A DNA stretch of 37,695 nucleotides from a virus (Duplodnaviria > Caudoviricetes): positions 1 to 37,695 of the IMG/VR virus record IMGVR_UViG_3300025066_001543; one strand, given 5' to 3'. Made by a program: the position numbers and the translations under genes. This document shows positions 17,753 to 25,007 of the stretch, one piece after another. The notes under the pieces are model-generated. The model was not told the DNA's origin and did no database searches. It worked only from the letters and a program-made list of their open reading frames with translations. The first letter of the stretch is position 1. Each line of letters starts with the position of its first letter.

Positions 17753-18635
17753 ATCAGTAATTGACATTGCAAGTAAGCATTTAGGCCAAACAGTAAGTAG
17801 CTATTCAGATAGGTATGATAAAAAACTATTAGTTCGTGTACCTAGATATCTTAATAGAGAAGCTTACGGAATTAATGAAGATGATCTTCCATTCACTGGA
17901 TATGATGTGTGGAATGCCTATGAAGTATCTGCAGTTACAAATAACGGAAGACCGGTTTCAGGTGTACTAAAAATAGTTTACTCTGCAGATTCTGAATTTC
18001 ATGTAGAATCAAAAAGTATAAAATTATACTTAAATTCATTTAATATGCACCCTTGTGGAGATACAGTTGAGGAATGTGCTACAGTTATTGAAAATACAGT
18101 AAAAAGAGATTTAGAAAAATTATTAAATACTGATGTACAGATCAAACTCTTTACGAAAAACGATTCTATAATTTGTTTTACTGATTATAAATCACTAGAT
18201 ACATTAATAGACTTAGACAGTATTAAGTTTGATACATATAAATCAGATTCTGAATTACTAACTGGTGAATATACAAAAGATCTAAATACTGTAAAAATAC
18301 ATAGTGACATGCTCCGCAGTAATTGTAGAGTTACCAATCAACCTGACTGGGGCGATATATACATTCACATTAAAAGTAATTATAAAATAGATTACAGTTC
18401 AATAGCTAAGTATATAGTCTCACATAGAAAGGTATCTCATTTTCACGAAGAGATATGTGAGATGGTATTTAAACATCTACAAATAGCATATAGACCAGAA
18501 GAGTTAATGGTTACTTGCTTATATACTAGAAGAGGGGGAATTGATATTAACCCAACAAGAACAACACATACAAAATTAATACCACATATGTTTAGTGGTA
18601 CATCATATTTAAATGGCAAAACATTAAGACAATAA
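17739..18635 (+). CDS. queF: NADPH-dependent preQ0 reductase, bimodular type
   Basis: DVWNAYE, ESKSIKLYLNSF, RSNCRVTNQPDWG, FHEE, YTRRGGIDINP. Confidence 0.95.
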   Translation: MKEVKSVIDIASKHLGQTVSSYSDRYDKKLLVRVPRYLNREAYGINEDDLPFTGYDVWNAYEVSAVTNNGRPVSGVLKIVYSADSEFHVESKSIKLYLNSFNMHPCGDTVEECATVIENTVKRDLEKLLNTDVQIKLFTKNDSIICFTDYKSLDTLIDLDSIKFDTYKSDSELLTGEYTKDLNTVKIHSDMLRSNCRVTNQPDWGDIYIHIKSNYKIDYSSIAKYIVSHRKVSHFHEEICEMVFKHLQIAYRPEELMVTCLYTRRGGIDINPTRTTHTKLIPHMFSGTSYLNGKTLRQ

Positions 18636-18655
18636 TAAAATAATATAAATAAATT

Positions 18656-19459
18656 ATGGATAACAAAAAACAAAAAACAGCTGTTGTTTCACTTAGTGGT
18701 GGGATGGATAGTACAGGATTACTAATGCATTTGTTAGCTGACGGTTATAAAGTGTATGGTATTAGTTTTTACTATGGACAAAAACATAGTGTAGAGTTAG
18801 ATAAGTTACAAGAGAATTTAGCTTATTTAAATTCAAAAGGATATACAATCGAACATAATTTAGTAGATCTTTCATCAGTGATGGGAATATTCAATTCAGC
18901 GTTAACGGATCCTAGCTATGAAGTACCAGAAGGACATTACGCTGAAGATAATATGAAAGCTACGGTAGTTCCTAATAGGAATGCAATTTTTAGTTCAATC
19001 GTATACGGTTATGCACTATCACTTGCAACTAAATTTGACACACAAGTAGATATTTGCTTAGGGGTACACTCGGGAGATCATGCAATATATCCAGACTGCA
19101 GGCCTGAGTTTTACGTGGCTATTCAAGCAGCATTTGATCTAGGAAACTGGGATTCAGAAAAGGTAGATTACTATTTACCGTATCTTAGTGGAGATAAATT
19201 TACTATCTTACAGGATGCAACTGCGGCAATCGATAAGTTAGGATTAAATTTTGATACTGTATTTGCAAATACTAATACATCGTATAAACCTTATCCGTCA
19301 GGAAATTCAGATTACAAGTCAGCTTCTTCAGTTGAAAGAATTGAAGCATTCCTTAAATTAGGAAAAAAGGACCCAGTTCAATACGAAGATGAAACTGGAC
19401 CAGTTGATTTCGATGTAGCTGCAGAGCACGTAAAAACAGTATTAGCAGAACACGTTTAA
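18656..19459 (+). CDS. queC: 7-cyano-7-deazaguanine synthase
   Basis: SGGMDS PP-loop, YGQKH, VPNRN, DH..YPDCRPEF; C-terminal Zn cysteines absent. Confidence 0.93.
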   Translation: MDNKKQKTAVVSLSGGMDSTGLLMHLLADGYKVYGISFYYGQKHSVELDKLQENLAYLNSKGYTIEHNLVDLSSVMGIFNSALTDPSYEVPEGHYAEDNMKATVVPNRNAIFSSIVYGYALSLATKFDTQVDICLGVHSGDHAIYPDCRPEFYVAIQAAFDLGNWDSEKVDYYLPYLSGDKFTILQDATAAIDKLGLNFDTVFANTNTSYKPYPSGNSDYKSASSVERIEAFLKLGKKDPVQYEDETGPVDFDVAAEHVKTVLAEHV

Positions 19460-19468
19460 AAGAGAATT

Positions 19469-19948
19469 ATGGCAAAATTTCAATCAACAAAAATATTCGA
19501 TAATTATTCAGTAGCAATCAGACAATGGAAAGCTCAGCATTCACATTGCTCTTTGCTTCACGGCTATGCGTTAAAATTTAAAGTATGGTTTGAGTCCAAT
19601 ACACCATTTGACGATAATGATGGACTAGATGATATGAACTGGATTGTCGATTTTGGAGGTTTTAAAGATCAACCTGTAGGAAATGGTCTTAAATCATGGA
19701 TGGATAATATGTGGGATCATACCTTACTTATTGAAAGAGACGATCCTTATTTAGATATTTTTGAATCAATGGGTCCAATGGGATTAGCTAAAGTTCATGT
19801 TATGGAAAAAATGGGGGCAGAGTCATGTGCTAAATTAGTATATGATAAATTTAATGAAGTACTATCAAAAACAGATGCAGGTAGATGCAAGGTAGTACGG
19901 GTAGAATGTTTTGAAAACGATAAAAATTCATCAATTTACGAAGAGTAA
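19469..19948 (+). CDS. queD: 6-carboxy-5,6,7,8-tetrahydropterin synthase
   Basis: HCSLLHGY, VDFG, WDH, GAES, VECFEND; context. Confidence 0.9.
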   Translation: MAKFQSTKIFDNYSVAIRQWKAQHSHCSLLHGYALKFKVWFESNTPFDDNDGLDDMNWIVDFGGFKDQPVGNGLKSWMDNMWDHTLLIERDDPYLDIFESMGPMGLAKVHVMEKMGAESCAKLVYDKFNEVLSKTDAGRCKVVRVECFENDKNSSIYEE

Positions 19949-19962
19949 AAAAATAAAAAATT

Positions 19963-21636
19963 ATGGCAAAGAAAAATTTAAAATTTGAGTCTTCCGCTAG
20001 ACAGGGAATTAAGTCAGGGGTAGATAAATTAACACGTGCTGTTAAATCAACACTAGGACCACGTGGTAGAAATGTAGTTATTGAGCAAGCTTACGGTAGC
20101 CCAACTACAACTAAGGATGGTGTTACAGTAGCTAAAGAAATAGAGTTGGAGGATTCAATTGAAAATCTAGGAGCGCAAATGGTAAAAGAGGTTGCAATCC
20201 AAACAAATGATCAAGCTGGAGACGGTACAACAACAGCAATCGTGTTAGCGCATTCGATTGTTAAGCACGGATTTAAAGCAGTATCAAAAGGAACTAATCC
20301 AATTGAACTTAAAAGGGGTATTGATAAAGCTGTTAACTATGTTTCAGGTAAATTAACTGAAATAAGTAAAGAGGTTATATCATCAGAAGAAGTAGCTCAG
20401 GTGGGCACGATTTCAGCTAATAATGATCCAGAGATTGGTGGTTTACTATCTACAGCAATGGAAAAGGTAGGTAAAGAGGGAGTAATTACTGTCGAAGAAG
20501 GTAATACATCAGAAACAACTTTAGAGGTTGTTGAAGGAATGCAATTTGACAGAGGATACATTTCTCCGTATTTCATTACTAATAAAACGTCAATGAAAAC
20601 AGAATTAGAAGATCCTTATATATTGTTATATGATAAAAGAATTACAGCACTGAACGATGTAATGAAAATTCTAGAATCAGCTGTTCAACAAAGTAGATCA
20701 ATGTTAATTGTGGCTGAGGATATTGAAGGGGAAGCACTTGCAACGTTAGTTGTAAACAACCTAAGAGGTACTTTTCAGGTTTGTGCAATAAAAGCACCTG
20801 GGTTCGGGGATAAGAGAAAAGCAATGTTAGAGGATATCGCTACACTCACAGGAGCAACAGTTATCTCATCAGATAGGGGTATGAAGTTATCAGAAGCAAC
20901 TATAGATGATTTAGGTACATGCAAAAGAGTTGTAGTAGATAATAAAACAACTACAGTGGTGGATGGAGCTGGTAAAGAAACTGATATAGCTACTCGAGTG
21001 GAATCCATTAAATCAGAAATTGAAAGTTCAACATCAGATTATGATAAAGAAAAACTCCAAGAAAGACTAGCTAAACTTTCAGGTGGTGTTGCAGTAATTA
21101 AAATTGGTGCAGAATCAGAATTGGAGATGAAGGAGAAAAAAGACAGACTAGATGATGCATTAAATGCAACTAAAGCTGCTGTCGAAGAAGGAGTTGTCCC
21201 AGGTGGTGGAACAGCGTTGCTTAAAATCGGTAACTCCCTATCACGTATGCTACAGGTAATTAATCAAGATGATATTGTACTTGATAACGATGAACAGAAA
21301 TTAGGAGCTGATATCGTTGTCAGTGCATGTTACGCACCATTCAAAGCTATTATGAAAAATGCAGGACTTGATCCACAGGAAATATCAGCTGAATTACCGA
21401 CTGCTGTATTAAGCAGTAAAGGTACTAATATTGGATTTGATGCAAGAAATGAAAAAATCACAGATATGTTCGAAGCAGGTATTATTGATCCGACTAAAGT
21501 AACAAGAACGGCTTTACAAAAAGCAGCTTCTGTTGCAGGGTTAATATTAACTACAGAATGTGTTATTACAAATATCTCAGAAGAAGGTAAGCCCACAGCA
21601 GGTATGCCTCCACAAGGTATGCCACCAATGATGTAA
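19963..21636 (+). CDS. groEL: Chaperonin GroEL
   Basis: [52 protein letters not shown]. Confidence 0.98.
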   Translation: MAKKNLKFESSARQGIKSGVDKLTRAVKSTLGPRGRNVVIEQAYGSPTTTKDGVTVAKEIELEDSIENLGAQMVKEVAIQTNDQAGDGTTTAIVLAHSIVKHGFKAVSKGTNPIELKRGIDKAVNYVSGKLTEISKEVISSEEVAQVGTISANNDPEIGGLLSTAMEKVGKEGVITVEEGNTSETTLEVVEGMQFDRGYISPYFITNKTSMKTELEDPYILLYDKRITALNDVMKILESAVQQSRSMLIVAEDIEGEALATLVVNNLRGTFQVCAIKAPGFGDKRKAMLEDIATLTGATVISSDRGMKLSEATIDDLGTCKRVVVDNKTTTVVDGAGKETDIATRVESIKSEIESSTSDYDKEKLQERLAKLSGGVAVIKIGAESELEMKEKKDRLDDALNATKAAVEEGVVPGGGTALLKIGNSLSRMLQVINQDDIVLDNDEQKLGADIVVSACYAPFKAIMKNAGLDPQEISAELPTAVLSSKGTNIGFDARNEKITDMFEAGIIDPTKVTRTALQKAASVAGLILTTECVITNISEEGKPTAGMPPQGMPPMM

Positions 21637-21640
21637 AATT

Positions 21641-22003
21641 AAACCCGCTACCGCGATTATTTTTTTACAAATAAATTTTTAATTATGGAAACAGTAATAT
21701 TAGTATCAGTTTTGTCAACATTAGGTGTAGTTGCAATAGCAATAGCTTTTGCGGTTACGTTTAAAAGGTTGAATAGTAAGGTTGATGTTAACGAACAAAA
21801 TAATTATGATATTGAGTTTCAAGACATACACCGAGAGTTGGAAAATACAACCAACGATTTAAATAGAAGAATTGATGACCTAGATAATAATCATGGAAAT
21901 GAATTCAGTCAGATTTACAGTACAATCGATTCGCGATGTGATAAATTGTACGATTTAGTAACAAATACAAAATAAAATAATTTAAAATCGTGGTAGCGGT
22001 TTT
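21641..22003. repeat. 18-bp imperfect inverted repeat bracketing one small gene
   Basis: AAACCCGCTACCGCGATT (21641-21658) and AATCGTGGTAGCGGTTTT (21986-22003), 16/18 Watson-Crick plus one G-U. Confidence 0.85.
21685..21975 (+). CDS. Small membrane-anchored coiled-coil protein
   Basis: 96 aa, N-terminal hydrophobic helix then heptad-like polar region. Confidence 0.75.
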   Translation: METVILVSVLSTLGVVAIAIAFAVTFKRLNSKVDVNEQNNYDIEFQDIHRELENTTNDLNRRIDDLDNNHGNEFSQIYSTIDSRCDKLYDLVTNTK

Positions 22004-22035
22004 TAAGTAATAACATCAAAAGTGGGTAAAAACAA

Positions 22036-22200
22036 ATGTACTTAGAGAAACTGATTAAAAAGTTAGAAGAGGCAAGAAAGGTATGCAGAACTAACATAGA
22101 AAAGAAAAATGTAGAAATTAATATTAAAATTTGTGAAATGCAAATTAAAATTAGAGAGGGATACCGAAATAAAAGTAAAAAGATTAAAGTCAAGAGGTAA
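22036..22200 (+). CDS. Small basic hypothetical protein (54 aa), not in the ORF track
   Basis: MYLEKLIKKLEEARK...KVKR; TAA overlaps the queE ATG (TAATG). Confidence 0.6.
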   Translation: MYLEKLIKKLEEARKVCRTNIEKKNVEINIKICEMQIKIREGYRNKSKKIKVKR

Positions 22201-22979
22201 TGAGTAATATAGAGAGATTAGAAGATTATAACAAACCAGTAGTGTTGGAACTTTATCCTTGCTTACAAAGTGAAGGATCTCGTGCTGGTTTCCCAACAGT
22301 AGCAGTAAGAACAACAGGATGTACTCATAGATGTTATTTTGGAGAAGGAGGTTGGTGTGATACCTGGTACACAAGTATTCATCCAAACAAAGCACAGTAC
22401 ACATTTAATGATATTATTAAAATATATGATGAAAATCCTCATATTAAAGAAATGATGCTTACTGGTGGTTCACCAACAATGCATCCAAAATTAGTAAATG
22501 AATTAACACATTTTGCTCATGAAAGAGGTATTTTTATCACTATAGAAACTGAGGGATCACATTTTTTAAAAACAGATTACCCAATCAATCTTATTAGTTT
22601 TAGTCCTAAATTTTCTAACAGTGTTCCTGTACTTGGGGTTACCACTCCTGGCGGTGATGTGGTTGACGAGCGATTTATACAAACTCATAATAGATATAGA
22701 CTTAATCTTGAAGCAATGACTGAGATGATTGATTATCATGATGACTATCACTATAAACCAGTTTGGGTTCCCGGAGATGAAAGCGCTTTAAAAGATATAG
22801 AGGAATTTAGACAAGTAATGAAAATTCCAAAAAATAAAACTTGGTTAATGCCCGGAGGTAGCACCAGAGAAGAATTAATACCCCACTACGCAGGTGTTAT
22901 AGATAAAGCCTTAGAGATGGGATATAATTTCTGTCCGAGGGCGCACATAATTGCGTTCGATTCGGACCGTTGCGTTTGA
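22200..22979 (+). CDS. queE: 7-carboxy-7-deazaguanine synthase (radical SAM)
   Basis: LQSEG, VRTTGC...C...WCDT, LTGGSP, IETEG, SPK; context. Confidence 0.9.
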   Translation: MSNIERLEDYNKPVVLELYPCLQSEGSRAGFPTVAVRTTGCTHRCYFGEGGWCDTWYTSIHPNKAQYTFNDIIKIYDENPHIKEMMLTGGSPTMHPKLVNELTHFAHERGIFITIETEGSHFLKTDYPINLISFSPKFSNSVPVLGVTTPGGDVVDERFIQTHNRYRLNLEAMTEMIDYHDDYHYKPVWVPGDESALKDIEEFRQVMKIPKNKTWLMPGGSTREELIPHYAGVIDKALEMGYNFCPRAHIIAFDSDRCV

Positions 22980-23039
22980 TGATAAACGAGGGGTTTAACT
23001 TTAATTAACAAAAATAAAAAATTAACAAAAAGAAAAATT

Positions 23040-23219
23040 ATGGCAAAGAGAGGAAGACCACCTAAAGCGATTGTAAAGCACAATCCATCGTACTCACGAT
23101 TACGAATTAAAAAAGTGTTACAAGATTATTTTATGTCAGATCCAAATAACCCGATTCTAATGGAAAATACAAAAGTAGCTATTAATCACGTTTTAACTCA
23201 ATTAGATGCAGCAATTTGA
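23040..23219 (+). CDS. Small AT-hook-motif protein (59 aa), not in the ORF track
   Basis: MAKRGRPPKAIVK...LDAAI*, long A-rich leader, fills the queE-hpt gap. Confidence 0.65.
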   Translation: MAKRGRPPKAIVKHNPSYSRLRIKKVLQDYFMSDPNNPILMENTKVAINHVLTQLDAAI

Positions 23220-23724
23220 AATATTAGTACCTGAGTACAAGATTGAAAGAAACATTAGACGTATAGCCCAGGAAATTACAGTAGACCACAAAGAAAGTGG
23301 GAATCAATTTCCACCTGTAATGGTATGTGTTTTAAATGGGGCCTTTATGTTTTTTACTGATCTAGTAAAGTGTATGGGTATTGATGTTGAAATCGATTTT
23401 ATCAGAGCTAAGTCTTATGAAGGTAGAGATAACTCAAACGGTGTACAAATTACAAAAGGAATTGAACGCGATTTACGCGGAAAAAGAGTGTACATCGTCG
23501 ACGATTTAATAGATACTGGTGAAACCATGAAAGAAATTTTAGTTTGGCACTTACCTGATCATCAACCTGAAGATGTAAAAACTGTAACATTAGCACATCG
23601 ACGGAACTCTACACATCCTGTAGATTTTTACGCGTGTGAAGTAGGAGATGAATGGCTAATCGGATTTGGTTTAGATGATAACGGATTAAAAAGAAATTAC
23701 AGAAATATCTATGCGAAAGTTTAG
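23206..23724 (+). CDS. hpt: Purine phosphoribosyltransferase, HPRT-like
   Basis: VCVLNGAFMF, AKSY, PRPP motif IVDDLIDTGET, IGFGLD..RN. Confidence 0.9.
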   Translation: MQQFEILVPEYKIERNIRRIAQEITVDHKESGNQFPPVMVCVLNGAFMFFTDLVKCMGIDVEIDFIRAKSYEGRDNSNGVQITKGIERDLRGKRVYIVDDLIDTGETMKEILVWHLPDHQPEDVKTVTLAHRRNSTHPVDFYACEVGDEWLIGFGLDDNGLKRNYRNIYAKV

Positions 23725-23771
23725 GTAATACGAATTATTTTTCATATATTTAACATATTAAAAGATACAAG

Positions 23772-24479
23772 ATGAAAACAAAAAATACAATAACAGGTAT
23801 TGAAAGTGTAGCACCAGGTATGGCGAATGGTATCTCTACACAACTAGCAGAAAAACAAGCCATATACGGTCCTGACATTTCATTAACTGATGCAGAAAAA
23901 AGTGAAATTATAGCTGCAGCAGCTAAACATTTTGGTAATTTTTTAACTGCTCTTGGGGTAGATTGGAGACATGATCCTAATTCCTCTGATACACCTAGAC
24001 GGGTAGCTAAAGCATATGTAAATGACCTATGGACAGGTAGGTACAACGCTCCAACATCAATCACAGGGTTTCCTGCAGATGGATATAGTGGAATTGTTCA
24101 GGAGAGCAACATCCCAATGACTTCAATGTGTAGTCATCATCATCAAAATATACAAGGACGTGTAAGTATCGCGTATGTACCATCTGAAAACGGATTCGTA
24201 GTAGGATTGAGTAAACTGAATAGACTTGTGGAATATTTTTCAAGAAGAGGAGCAATACAAGAACAGTTAACAGTAGCTATACACAGAGCTGTTGATGGAA
24301 TATGTACTGATAATTTAGGAGTAGCTGTTATGATAGATGCAGGTCACAGTTGTGTAAGTTGTAGAGGTGTTAAACATCAGGGAGCTTCAATGCAAACTGC
24401 AAAATTAACAGGCTGCTTTCTTGATGAAGATGCTGCAAGAGCTGAATTTTATAAAAATATAGAACTCTCTGGTAAGTAG
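23772..24479 (+). CDS. folE: GTP cyclohydrolase I
   Basis: DTPRRVAK, SMCSHH, GLSKLNR, IQEQLT, HSCVSCRGV. Confidence 0.95.
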   Translation: MKTKNTITGIESVAPGMANGISTQLAEKQAIYGPDISLTDAEKSEIIAAAAKHFGNFLTALGVDWRHDPNSSDTPRRVAKAYVNDLWTGRYNAPTSITGFPADGYSGIVQESNIPMTSMCSHHHQNIQGRVSIAYVPSENGFVVGLSKLNRLVEYFSRRGAIQEQLTVAIHRAVDGICTDNLGVAVMIDAGHSCVSCRGVKHQGASMQTAKLTGCFLDEDAARAEFYKNIELSGK

Positions 24480-24509
24480 TTCTTATACGTTAACAAAAAA
24501 ATAAAAATC

Positions 24510-25004
24510 ATGATTTTAAATGCAAAAGAAATAATAGAAGAAGGTTTAATTATATTAGAAAATGCAAAGGGTAAACCAGCTCAAGTTGGATACGATCTAA
24601 GCCTTAAGGAAGTATATTCATTACAGGGTAACGGAAAGGTAATGAAATCTGGTACACTAGTAAATGAACTTAAAGCAGTTGACGCAACAACTGACAAGGA
24701 AGGTAATACAGTATATGTGTTAACACCAGGTACTTATGACGTAACCTGTAACGAAGGATGTAATATATCCCCTGACAGAACAGCAATGGTTCGTCAAAGA
24801 TCATCACTGCTAAGAAATGGGGCCATAATTGCTAGTTCAATATTTGATCCAGGATTTGTTACAGATAATATCGGTACCGTTATGATTGTCACTAAAACAA
24901 TCACTATAGAACAGGACGCAAGGATAGCGCAAATGTACTTCCACACAAATAATGAAGGGGAGATATATGACGGTCAGTTTCAAAACGACAAGCAAAGAAA
25001 ATAA
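24510..25004 (+). CDS. dUTPase / dCTP deaminase superfamily protein
   Basis: GYDL, RSSL.R.G, FDPGF, RIAQM, YDGQFQ. Confidence 0.85.
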   Translation: MILNAKEIIEEGLIILENAKGKPAQVGYDLSLKEVYSLQGNGKVMKSGTLVNELKAVDATTDKEGNTVYVLTPGTYDVTCNEGCNISPDRTAMVRQRSSLLRNGAIIASSIFDPGFVTDNIGTVMIVTKTITIEQDARIAQMYFHTNNEGEIYDGQFQNDKQRK

Positions 25005-25007
25005 TAA

